From contig JAQBZW010000001.1 of the NCBI GenBank assembly GCA_027622315.1, positions 433 through 64,432 of the forward strand: a stretch of 64,000 nucleotides of DNA, written 5' to 3'. The notes below the pieces were generated by a model. It saw only the letters and a program-made list of their open reading frames with translations, was not told the DNA's origin and searched no databases. Source of the stretch: Chloroflexota bacterium. Lineage in GTDB: Bacteria; Chloroflexota; Dehalococcoidia; UBA2979. This document shows positions 1-9,186 of the stretch, one piece after another (position 1 is the stretch's first letter; every line of letters starts with the position of its first letter). The translations under genes and the position numbers were made by a program.

Positions 1-220
1 CGATGTACTCGTCTGATTCGAGGTAGGTGACCAGGCCCTGCAGCTCGGCATGTTGCCGCCTGAGCACGTTGACCTCGACCTCGAGCACGCGTTGCTCGCG
101 GTGAAGGCGGTAGCTCTGGGCGGCAGTGTGAACAGTTGCGTAGAGGAAGAGCGCGAAGAGCAACAGTGCTACGGCGAGCACCATGTGCGCGAGCCCAAAC
201 GTGGGGAGACGGAGCGGCAC
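1..220 (-). CDS. FtsB/DivIC-like septum formation initiator (single TM helix then coiled coil); partial, 3' end runs off the window
   Basis: Minus-strand frame reads (V)PLRLPTFGLAHMVLAVALLLFALFLYATVHTAAQSYRLHREQRVLEVEVNVLRRQHAELQGLVTYLESDEY... A GTG at 218-220 follows AAGGAA (9 nt); ATG at 182-184 is the alternative start. There is an in-frame stop at 272-274 upstream. Track ORF 169..1296 (opposite strand) is rejected as an artifact. Confidence 0.5.
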   Translation of the reverse strand, partial: MPLRLPTFGLAHMVLAVALLLFALFLYATVHTAAQSYRLHREQRVLEVEVNVLRRQHAELQGLVTYLESDEYI

Positions 221-278
221 GCCGTTCGGTTCCTTGCCCACCCCGCGCGATTCACCGTAGCAGGGCGAGCGCTAGCGG

Positions 279-902
279 TCACGACCGGTCGCGGGCGACA
301 GCGCAGCGCTCGTTGAGGCGAAGCACGGTCCACGGCGCGTCGAGGCGCACGTCGACGGTGGACGTAGACGCCGGATCGATCTGCAGGCCGCGGAACGCCG
401 CGAGCGGCGCACCGAGCGCGTGGCTCAGCAGCGCTTTGAGCGCGAGCTGATGAGAGACCACGGCGACGGTGGCGCCGTCGAACTCCGCCGCGAGGGCGCA
501 CGCCGCGGCGACCATGCGCGCTCGCGCTTCGCCCATCGTTTCTCCGCCGGGCATCCGCAGCTCCTCCGGATCCTCGACGCGCCAGCGCGCGAGAAACTCC
601 GGAGCGCGCTGCGCGAACTCCTGTGGGATCAGGCCGTCGAGGTCGCCGAAGTCGAGCTCGACGAGGCGAGGGTCGACGCGGACGGTGAGCGCGTGGCGGG
701 CCGCGAGTGGCGACGCGGTCGCAATCGCTCGGGACGCAGGGCTGCTGACGACAGCGGCGAGCAGCTCGCCGACGCGCGACGCGAGGGCTTCTGCCTCGGC
801 TTCGCCGTGGGCGTTGAGCGGCACGTCGCGCCGACCCTGTGCGCGGCCTTCGGCGTTGCTGGCGGTCTGGCCGTGCCGGATCAGCAGCAGCCGCGCGGTC
901 AT
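279..902 (-). CDS. histidine phosphatase family protein (phosphoglycerate mutase-like)
   Basis: Internal Met of ORF 279..1172: MTARLLLIRHGQTASNAEGRAQGRRDVPL... shows the RHG catalytic motif. Its ATG (900-902) overlaps the TGA stop of the upstream DUF2344 gene (ATGA overlap). Confidence 0.75.
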   Translation of the reverse strand: MTARLLLIRHGQTASNAEGRAQGRRDVPLNAHGEAEAEALASRVGELLAAVVSSPASRAIATASPLAARHALTVRVDPRLVELDFGDLDGLIPQEFAQRAPEFLARWRVEDPEELRMPGGETMGEARARMVAAACALAAEFDGATVAVVSHQLALKALLSHALGAPLAAFRGLQIDPASTSTVDVRLDAPWTVLRLNERCAVARDRS

Positions 903-1600
903 GGCCGCTCGCGGCCCGGGAGCTTCGCTGCGCCGACGGCCCCCGGCGAGACCGCGCCGGGGTCGAGCTCGAGCGCGAGGCGATGGATCTCGACGCCATC
1001 GGCGTCGAGATCCATCGCGCGCAGGACCTGCGTGGGACGCCCGGTACGGCCGACCTCGAGCGAGAGATAGAGCTCGAGCACGACCCCTGCTCCGTCTGCT
1101 CTCGCCACGAGATCGAGGATCGTGGCGCGCAGGTCGTAGCGCCGGGTCTTCTCTCCGCGCTCCTCCTCCCAATCCAGCGTGTCCAGCGCGAGCAAGCGAT
1201 GAACCTGCGCGTGCACGGCGGAGAGGCCGTCAGCGGCGGGGAGGCGCGCCTCGTAGCGTGCGGCGCGCACGCATGACTGGAGGGAAGGCAGCGCATCGGA
1301 GACCGCCTCGGCCTCGACGATCGCGAGTCCCGGCGGCAACACGGCGACCAGCGCCTTCACCGCCGCCGCGGGATCGACGGCCGGTTCGAGCCAGATGTCC
1401 ATCAGCTCGTTCAGACCTTCGACGCCGACGGGCAGCGGCGCCGCGAGCGCCATGCGGGCGTGCGGCGAGAAACCACTCGTATAGACGAGCGGCAGTTGCG
1501 CACGCCGAATCGCCCGCTCCCAGGTGCGCATGGTGTCCAGGTGGGCCACGTAACGCATGGGGCCGGTGGTGGAGAAGGTGATGCGCAGTCGCTGGCTCAT
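899..1600 (-). CDS. DUF2344 / TIGR03936-type radical-SAM-linked protein
   Basis: MSQRLRITFSTTGPMRYVAHLDTMRTWERAIRRAQLPLVYTSGFSPHARMALAAPLPVGVEG matches the DUF2344 signature (K..R..F.K.G..+Y.SHLD..R..ERA.RRA..P...S.GFhP.P). The N-terminal 65 codons of track ORF 899..1795 are discarded. Confidence 0.7.
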   Translation of the reverse strand: MSQRLRITFSTTGPMRYVAHLDTMRTWERAIRRAQLPLVYTSGFSPHARMALAAPLPVGVEGLNELMDIWLEPAVDPAAAVKALVAVLPPGLAIVEAEAVSDALPSLQSCVRAARYEARLPAADGLSAVHAQVHRLLALDTLDWEEERGEKTRRYDLRATILDLVARADGAGVVLELYLSLEVGRTGRPTQVLRAMDLDADGVEIHRLALELDPGAVSPGAVGAAKLPGRERP

Positions 1601-1673
1601 GTGGCACTCAATGATACGAACGGGGCGGACGCACGCGCCGGGGGTGGCGCCGATCGATCCCGTCCCGCCGCGA

Positions 1674-2645
1674 CTATCGCGACGCGATCTCCGCGCCCCA
1701 CTCCCGGCGCACGGCCTCCAGCAGCACGCCGGCGGCGGAACGCGGATCGCGCCTGCGGCCGGCGACTTCGTCCACCAGCGCTGCCAGCGCGCCACTCTGG
1801 TTCGCGGTCACGAGCGCCTCGCGATGCAGTGCCGCACGTGTGAGCGCGACGATCTGCTTGCGCGCCAGGTCCCGGCGCTCACGATCGCCGTGCTCGTTGG
1901 AGCGCATGAAGGCGTGGTGCTCGTCAATGTGGTCGACGAGTGTGCCCACGCTGTCACCGGTCTTCGCCACGACCTTCAGAATGGGCGGACGCCAGGCGCC
2001 CAGATCGGCGATCGCGAGCAACGCCTTCAGCTGCGTCATGGCCGTGTCGGCGCCCGCGAGGTCCGCCTTGTTCACGACCAGGATCTGTGCCACCTCCATG
2101 AGGCCGGCCTTCATCGACTGGATCTCGTCGCCGCCGCCGGGGTTTGTGACGAGCACGGTCGTCTGGGCGGCGGTCGCGATCTCGACCTCGTCCTGGCCGG
2201 CGCCGACGGTCTCGATCATGACCACGTCGAAGCCTGCGGCATCCATCAGATCCGCCACGCCGGTCGCGGTCTCGGAGAGGCCGCCGAGGTTGCCGCGTGA
2301 GGCCATCGAGCGCATGAAGACGCCGCCGTCGGCGGTGAGGTCCTGCATGCGGATGCGGTCGCCGAGAATCGCGCCGTGCGAGAACGGTGAGGAGGGATCG
2401 ACGGCGACGATGCCCACGGTGCGCTCGCGCCGGCGCTGCTCACGTGCCAGCGCACCAACGAGCGTGGACTTCCCGGCTCCCGCGGAGCCGGTGATGCCGA
2501 CGATCTGCGCGTTGCCGGTGTACCGGTACAGCCTCCGCTGAAGTTCGCGGCCGATCGCCGAGTCCGCCTCGACGTGAGAGATCGCGCGGGCGAGCGCTCG
2601 CCGGTTGCCCGCGCGTACGCCCTCCGCGAGCTCGGCCGCTCCCAC
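1674..2645 (-). CDS. meaB: methylmalonyl-CoA mutase-associated G-protein chaperone MeaB (ArgK family GTPase)
   Basis: VGAAELAEGVRAGNRRALARAISHVE...GITGSAGAGKSTLVGAL...VNKADL with a P-loop. A GTG at 2643-2645 lies 5 nt after the stop of the B12-subunit gene. The longer track ORF would overlap that gene. Confidence 0.8.
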   Translation of the reverse strand: MGAAELAEGVRAGNRRALARAISHVEADSAIGRELQRRLYRYTGNAQIVGITGSAGAGKSTLVGALAREQRRRERTVGIVAVDPSSPFSHGAILGDRIRMQDLTADGGVFMRSMASRGNLGGLSETATGVADLMDAAGFDVVMIETVGAGQDEVEIATAAQTTVLVTNPGGGDEIQSMKAGLMEVAQILVVNKADLAGADTAMTQLKALLAIADLGAWRPPILKVVAKTGDSVGTLVDHIDEHHAFMRSNEHGDRERRDLARKQIVALTRAALHREALVTANQSGALAALVDEVAGRRRDPRSAAGVLLEAVRREWGAEIASR

Positions 2646-2650
2646 GCCGG

Positions 2651-3058
2651 CTATGTCCGCACCGGCGCGTGCGCCTTCACGAACTCGATGATGTCGCCGG
2701 TGTTCGTCCCGGGGCCGAAGACGCCCTGGAACCCGATCGCCTTGATCTTCTCGATGTCCTCCTGCGGGATGATGCCGCCGCAAAACAGCAACACGTCATC
2801 GACCCCTCGTTGCTTGAGCTCGTCCACGACGCGCGGAAAGAGCTCGAGGTGCGCGCCCGAGAGGATGGACAGGCCGACGACCTGCGCGTCTTCCTGGAGG
2901 GCGGCTTCGGCGATCATGGCCGGCGTCTGGCGGATGCCGGTGTAGATGACCTCCATACCGGCATCGCGCAACGCGCGCGCCACCACCTTCGCGCCACGGT
3001 CGTGCCCGTCCAGGCCGGGCTTCGCGATCAGCACACGAATTCGCTGTTCGTTCGCCAA
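2651..3058 (-). CDS. methylmalonyl-CoA mutase B12-binding small subunit (C-terminal cobalamin-binding domain homolog)
   Basis: (L)[40 protein letters not shown]...[13 protein letters not shown] contains the DxHxxG cobalamin-binding motif. The start is TTG at 3056-3058, preceded by GGAGGAG (5 nt). Confidence 0.8.
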   Translation of the reverse strand: MANEQRIRVLIAKPGLDGHDRGAKVVARALRDAGMEVIYTGIRQTPAMIAEAALQEDAQVVGLSILSGAHLELFPRVVDELKQRGVDDVLLFCGGIIPQEDIEKIKAIGFQGVFGPGTNTGDIIEFVKAHAPVRT

Positions 3059-3173
3059 GATCTCCTCCGTGCTCCGCGGTGCCGTTCGTTCGGTTCCACC
3101 GCGCGGTATCCACGCGCTCACAGTCTGTGCTCCCGGCGGCACGCGCGCCACAGTGCCGCGTGCCGGCGCGAGG

Positions 3174-3992
3174 CTAGCGTTCGAATTGAATGAGCTGGAT
3201 CCCGAGCCCGAAGGCCTGCTCCGCCGAGACCGTGGACGTGACCGACCGGGGCAGCACCCCCGGCTGAGCATCCGGGAGCTCGATCCCGTGCCCCCGGTAG
3301 CGCGCAATCTCGGCCGCGATGTCCGGTACCTCGATCGCGACCATGGACGCAGCGCGCTCGCCCTGCTCAGCGATGCGCTGCGCCATCGGCGAATCGGGAC
3401 CGGTGGGAGCGAGCAACTCGATCGTGCACTGGCTGCACGGCATCTGGCCGATCACCATGCCGCGGCCCTCAGCCCGCACCTCGCCCTTCACCTCGAGCCC
3501 GACGATCCGCTTCCACGTCGCCTGTGCGGCGTGGTAGTCGGCAACCGTCACGGCGAGGTGATCGAAGCCCTTGCCGGTGCCCACGTGGGCACCGGCGGGC
3601 GGCTGTGCGAACTCGATGAGCACACCGTGCACGGACTTCGGGTGCACGAAGCCGATGCGCCCGGCCAGGCCGTCGCGCGACGTCTCATCGATGAGCTCCA
3701 CGCCGGCGGCCTTCAGGCGCGCGAGCTCGCCATCGACGTCGTCCGTGTTGAAGCAGATGTGGTGCAGGGTCTGACCACGGCTCTCGAGAAAGCGAGCGAC
3801 ACCGGTGTCATCGCGTGTCGGCTGCAGCAGCTCGATCTCGTTCTCGCCGAGTCCGAGCAGCACGCCGCGCACGCCCTGCTCTTCGATCACGCGATCCTCG
3901 GTCACAGGCAATCCCATGACGTCGCGAAAGAAGCCGAGCGCGGCATCGGCGTCGCGCACGACGACGCCGACGTGGTGGACGCGATCGATCAT
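3174..3992 (-). CDS. methylmalonyl-CoA epimerase (VOC/glyoxalase fold) fused to a second VOC domain
   Basis: The N-terminal domain, [27 protein letters not shown]...[39 protein letters not shown]...[16 protein letters not shown], is MCE-like. A second VOC-type domain follows. AAGGAG SD precedes the ATG. Confidence 0.7.
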   Translation of the reverse strand: MIDRVHHVGVVVRDADAALGFFRDVMGLPVTEDRVIEEQGVRGVLLGLGENEIELLQPTRDDTGVARFLESRGQTLHHICFNTDDVDGELARLKAAGVELIDETSRDGLAGRIGFVHPKSVHGVLIEFAQPPAGAHVGTGKGFDHLAVTVADYHAAQATWKRIVGLEVKGEVRAEGRGMVIGQMPCSQCTIELLAPTGPDSPMAQRIAEQGERAASMVAIEVPDIAAEIARYRGHGIELPDAQPGVLPRSVTSTVSAEQAFGLGIQLIQFER

Positions 3993-4047
3993 GGAGTGCT
4001 CCTTCGTGATCTCGAGTGCGTGTCGTCGCGGATCGCGATCGCGGTGA

Positions 4048-4521
4048 TCAGATGCCCTGCGCGCGGCGCCAGTCGCGGATCGCGTCGATGTGTTCGCGGT
4101 CGTGGCCGCCCGCGTTCGCGAGGTTGTGAGCCGTGCGCCCGGGCACGATGCGCTCCAGGTCCATCGTGCCGCGGAGGCCCCGCACCGCCGCCTCGTGGCG
4201 TTCGCGGTTCTGGCGGAAGTCGACCATGAGCTGCTCCCACGACCGCTCGCGTGCGGCTGCCACCGAGCCGGCGTTGTACGCGTCGTCGTCGCCCTCGTAG
4301 CCCGGCACGGCCGGGCGCTCGCCGCTAGCCATCAGCTCCAAGGCATGAGACCAGCCTGCCTGCCATCCGCCGAGGTGCCCGATAATGTCATGCACCGACC
4401 ACTGCTCGGGGCCGAACCAGCCCTCGCTTCGCCGCTCGGCCGGCAGCGCGTCGATCACGTCGATCAGCTCAGCGCGCGCCTGCGCGTTGCCCTCGATCAG
4501 TTCGTCGATCACATCGGCCAT
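4048..4521 (-). CDS. DinB/YfiT-like (DinB_2) metal-dependent protein
   Basis: MADVIDELIEGNAQARAELIDVIDALP...WSVHDIIGHLGGWQAGWSHALE is His-rich and DinB_2-like. The internal ATG of ORF 4048..4596 was chosen as the start. Confidence 0.5.
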   Translation of the reverse strand: MADVIDELIEGNAQARAELIDVIDALPAERRSEGWFGPEQWSVHDIIGHLGGWQAGWSHALELMASGERPAVPGYEGDDDAYNAGSVAAARERSWEQLMVDFRQNRERHEAAVRGLRGTMDLERIVPGRTAHNLANAGGHDREHIDAIRDWRRAQGI

Positions 4522-4610
4522 CGTCGCCCCCGCCCGCGCGATCGCGCGTCCCGCACAGCCGTGCCGCCGTCGCGCGGGAAGTTCGCCCGCGGACACGGAT
4601 CAGGCACGGA

Positions 4611-6266
<1,656 letters not shown>

Positions 6267-6288
6267 AGTACGCCTCGGGTTCCCCGCC

Positions 6289-6300
6289 GCACTCGAGTGC
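6289..6300. promoter_or_regulatory. 12-bp perfect palindrome GCACTCGAGTGC in the 5' leader of the mutase operon
   Basis: Read directly from the sequence, 23 nt upstream of the mutase ATG. Function unknown. Confidence 0.25.
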
Positions 6301-6439
6301 GACGCACCGGTATTGCTTGGACTCGCACGGGTGGTCGAGGGCCGGAGTGTAGGTACGCGAGATGAGGTCGATCAACACGACGAGTCCGGGAGCGCCCGGT
6401 CACGCATAGCAGTTGGCGGGCGCCACGGGTGCGGAGTCA

Positions 6440-6516
6440 TGGTGGGCGATGGAGGGTTCGAACCTCCGACCTTCCGGGTGTAAACCGGACGCTCTAGCCA
6501 ACTGAGCTAATCGCCC
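6440..6516 (-). tRNA. tRNA-Val (anticodon TAC), CCA encoded
   Basis: The reverse complement folds as GGGCGAT-TA-GCTC-AGTTGGCTA-GAGC-G-TCCGG-TTTACAC-CCGGA-AGGTC-GGAGG-TTCGAAC-CCTCC-ATCGCCC-A-CCA: a full cloverleaf, 77 nt. Confidence 0.85.
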
Positions 6517-6526
6517 GCGACAGGGC

Positions 6527-6546
6527 GCGGGCTCCCGGGAGCCCGC
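6527..6546. repeat. 20-bp perfect palindrome GCGGGCTCCCGGGAGCCCGC, with a partial direct repeat of CCCGGGAGCCCGCGA about 30 nt away
   Basis: Read from the sequence. It lies between the 5' side of tRNA-Val and the stop of the small membrane-protein gene. It could act as a terminator or operator. Confidence 0.4.
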
Positions 6547-6581
6547 GACGGGACGCCGGATCCCGGGAGCCCGCGATGGGG

Positions 6582-6803
6582 TCAAGCGCTACGTTCGTCG
6601 TCCCCTCGCTCGCCCGCGGGTCGTCGCCACGGCAGCGGGACGGTGATCCCGAGCACGAACCACAGGTACCCGAAGATGAGCACGACTTCAAAGCATTGAC
6701 GCGCCGGACCGCCCAGCCAGAGCTGGATCAGATCGCCGCCCGCCCACAGGTTAGTCACGAGCGCGACGAAGATCAGCACGTGCGTGAGAGGATTGAGGCG
6801 CAT
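6582..6803 (-). CDS. small two-TM membrane protein (hypothetical)
   Basis: MRLNPLTHVLIFVALVTNLWAGGDLIQLWLGGPARQCFEVVLIFGYLWFVLGITVPLPWRRP. The ATG is internal to track ORF 6582..7247, whose 5' part is Arg/Pro-rich junk. Confidence 0.4.
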   Translation of the reverse strand: MRLNPLTHVLIFVALVTNLWAGGDLIQLWLGGPARQCFEVVLIFGYLWFVLGITVPLPWRRPAGERGDDERSA

Positions 6804-6871
6804 GGCGTCAGCGTAACGCTTCGCCCGGCAACCGCGCGAAGCGCCAACCGACCCGGCGGAGAGATCGACTG

Positions 6872-7402
6872 ATGACTCAGCGTGACCCGTTTGATTCGCT
6901 CGCCCTGACGGAGCTGGAAGAGGCGTCCGGCGAGCTGCACCGTCGCATCGGCGCCGCGCTTCGCCGCATCGGCGAGGTGCAGGCCGAGCGAGACGACGGT
7001 GCGGGCGACAACCCACGTCGGCGCGTCGCGGCGCTTGCCGCGGCGATCGAGCTCGCCGGCAGCACCCTTGCGGCGGTGGCCGCCGGCGGGGGCGCACCAG
7101 ACGTGCGCAGCGACCGCCACCCCGCCGTGGTCGCCGCCGTGATGTACGCGACCCCGGCGATCCCGGCACTGCTGGCACGCCTGGATCAAGACCGTCGACT
7201 GCTCGCCTCGCTCGCGCGTTCGCTCGAGCTGCGCCTGGCCGAGGCACACGTCACCCCGTGGGGGCACGAAACGCTCCGTCAGTTGCTGAGCGAGATCGCC
7301 GTCGCCGAGCCCGCACGCTGCGCGCAGGCACTGGAGCGGCGCCTGGCCGTGCTCGAGGCGGAGGCCGCCGCTGCTCGCACCGCGGCCGCCCCGGAGCCCT
7401 GA
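6872..7402 (+). CDS. hypothetical protein (Ala/Arg-rich, predicted helical)
   Basis: GGAGAG SD lies 8 nt before the ATG, and third-position GC is high. No recognisable domain. Confidence 0.5.
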   Translation: MTQRDPFDSLALTELEEASGELHRRIGAALRRIGEVQAERDDGAGDNPRRRVAALAAAIELAGSTLAAVAAGGGAPDVRSDRHPAVVAAVMYATPAIPALLARLDQDRRLLASLARSLELRLAEAHVTPWGHETLRQLLSEIAVAEPARCAQALERRLAVLEAEAAAARTAAAPEP

Positions 7403-7504
7403 CACCACACCCTCGGTGTCCTGCCGTCCGCGTGACCGCGATATACGCCTGATCTCCGCCGTTATGTCGATTCAATTCCGGAGTTTCACCTCATCAAAAA
7501 ATGT

Positions 7505-7528
7505 AGTTATCCCCGCCTGTGGATAACT
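7505..7528. promoter_or_regulatory. palindromic operator AGTTATCC-N8-GGATAACT (contains a perfect DnaA box TTATCCACA) inside an AT-rich island
   Basis: tgtAGTTATCCccgcctgtGGATAACTtg. An A6 tract and about 100 bp of low-GC sequence (7441-7545) flank it, in a roughly 70% GC genome. Confidence 0.35.
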
Positions 7529-7605
7529 TGTTGAAAAGTGTGCGGACGGGTTGCGGACGCCGGGGTGTCAGGTGTGGAGGGGGTCGCGATCGCTCGAGCC
7601 GGCGC

Positions 7606-8154
7606 CTACCGATCGGGGTTGGGCACGACCTGATCCGTGGTCACCGCAAATGACGCGCCGTCCCACTGATACGTGACCTCATGCAGCTGCGACGGGCAGC
7701 ATTGCGCGTCTCCGGTCGCGTAGACGCCCTCGCGGATCACGATCAGCTCGCGGTTCACGAGCAGCCGGCCGTTGTACGAGAAGAAGCGCGTGAGCAGTGG
7801 CCGGCCCTCCACCAGGCGATAGACGCCGGCGCCAATCTCCCCGGCCGTCCCGCCGGAGTCGACGATCACGATCGCCTCCTCCGATCCGCCCGCGATCAGC
7901 TGGGCGAAGATCACGCTCTGGGCGCGCACCTCCCCGCCGCCCGCCTGCGCGATCAGCTCACCGGCGAGCGCGGGAGCGGAGAAGTCGGACTCGCGCAGTG
8001 TGGTCACGGGCGAACTCGCGGGCAACGCCGTCGCCGCCGGCGACGCGGTGGCCGTCAGCGTCACGTTGCTCGAACCGCCGCAGGCGACCGCGCTGATCGC
8101 GATCAGCGCCGTTCCGAGCGTGAGCGCTCCCCGGACCGATCGGCTGCGTTGCAC
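7606..8154 (-). CDS. secreted protein or lipoprotein (signal peptide, Cys after ...AISAVAC)
   Basis: GTG start. VQRSRSVRGALTLGTALIAISAVACGGSS reads as a signal peptide. No other domain is recognised. Confidence 0.5.
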   Translation of the reverse strand: MQRSRSVRGALTLGTALIAISAVACGGSSNVTLTATASPAATALPASSPVTTLRESDFSAPALAGELIAQAGGGEVRAQSVIFAQLIAGGSEEAIVIVDSGGTAGEIGAGVYRLVEGRPLLTRFFSYNGRLLVNRELIVIREGVYATGDAQCCPSQLHEVTYQWDGASFAVTTDQVVPNPDR

Positions 8155-8336
8155 GCGTACCCCATCTCTGCCCCGTGACCGTCATGTTCCGTGCGCGATC
8201 AGCCCGGGTCAACGCGACGCGCCCCCGCACCATGCGCGATGCGCAAGCGGCACGCACGCGCCGATGATCATCGCGAGCAGCCCCGCGACGGGCCACGGCC
8301 TGGCGCGTGCAACTTCGCTCATCGCAGGAGCACCAG

Positions 8337-9155
8337 ATGACGCCCGCGCCCACCGTCCTGCCCGTCCTGCCCGTCCTGCCCGCCGCGCAAGCGCGCGCGC
8401 TCACACTCGCCTCGCGCCCCGACGTCGGGATCCCGGAGCTCGCGGGAGTCGTCGAGAGTGACCCGGCGCTCACGATCGCGGTGCTCCGTGCCGCCAACAC
8501 GGCGAGCCAGGCGCCGGTGCAGCGCGTGCTGACGGCGAGCGACGCGATCGTGCGCATCGGGCTGAACGCCACTCGCCGTGTGGTCACCGCGACCGCGACG
8601 AACAGCGCGTTCGGTGACATCGCGCGCGCGGGCATCGACCTCGATGCGTTCTGGGATCACACGCTCGCGACCGCGCTGCTCGCGGACGCCTCCGCGTGGC
8701 CGAACGGGCCGCGCACAGAGGCCTTCACGACCGGACTGCTCCACGACATCGGTCGGCTGGCGCTCGCCAGCGCCGATCCCGAGCGCTACCGCTTCGTCGT
8801 CCGTCGGGTGCAGGGCGGCGCGTCGCCCGACGAGGCCGAGCGCGCGGTCTTCGGCGTCGACCACATCACGGTCGGGCGAGACGTGGCCGCGGCCTGTGGC
8901 CTGCCGCCCCAAATGGTCGACGCGATCGCACAGCACCACGTGGGCGACGGCTCGGCGCTCGCGTGGGTGACGTTCAACGGCCGCTCGCTCGCAGTCATGC
9001 TCGGCTTCGGCGACGGCGTCAGCGTGGCCACCCCGGCGGTCCCGGTCGAAGTCGGCCCCGGTGGCGCCGTCGTGCGCTCGCTGGGCGGGTCGGCGGGCAT
9101 CCGTATGAAGATCGCCTGGTACCGCGGCCTCTTCGTCGCACGCGCCGCCGCCTGA
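8337..9155 (+). CDS. HDOD domain-containing signalling protein
   Basis: LPAAQARALTLASRPDVGIPELAGVVESDPALTIAVLRAANTA... is HDOD-like. GGAG lies 8 nt before ATG 8337. Confidence 0.75.
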   Translation: MTPAPTVLPVLPVLPAAQARALTLASRPDVGIPELAGVVESDPALTIAVLRAANTASQAPVQRVLTASDAIVRIGLNATRRVVTATATNSAFGDIARAGIDLDAFWDHTLATALLADASAWPNGPRTEAFTTGLLHDIGRLALASADPERYRFVVRRVQGGASPDEAERAVFGVDHITVGRDVAAACGLPPQMVDAIAQHHVGDGSALAWVTFNGRSLAVMLGFGDGVSVATPAVPVEVGPGGAVVRSLGGSAGIRMKIAWYRGLFVARAAA

Positions 9156-9186
9156 CGAGGGCGCCCGTCCCGCCCGCCGACGTGGC

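Noticed and set aside
169-1581. Long track ORFs 169..1296(-), 420..1070(+), 469..1581(+) and 839..1276(+) overlapping the histidine phosphatase and DUF2344 genes
   Set aside because: They are Arg/Ala/Pro-rich and lie in alternative frames of confidently assigned genes. This is typical high-GC open-frame noise, with no domain and no SD.
6267-6440. Cobalamin riboswitch upstream of the B12-dependent mutase operon
   Set aside because: I inspected the leader on the coding strand for the conserved B12-box and found no match. Only a 12-bp palindrome is present.
6440-6516. Integrated mobile element or genomic island at the tRNA genes (also 23659-23733)
   Set aside because: No integrase, recombinase, transposase, phage gene or tRNA 3'-end direct repeat was found in the flanking 5-10 kb.
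7441-7560. Chromosomal origin of replication (oriC)
   Set aside because: Only one perfect and one degenerate DnaA box are present, and no dnaA, dnaN or other oriC-flanking genes. It sits between convergent genes. It is kept as a regulatory-site finding instead.
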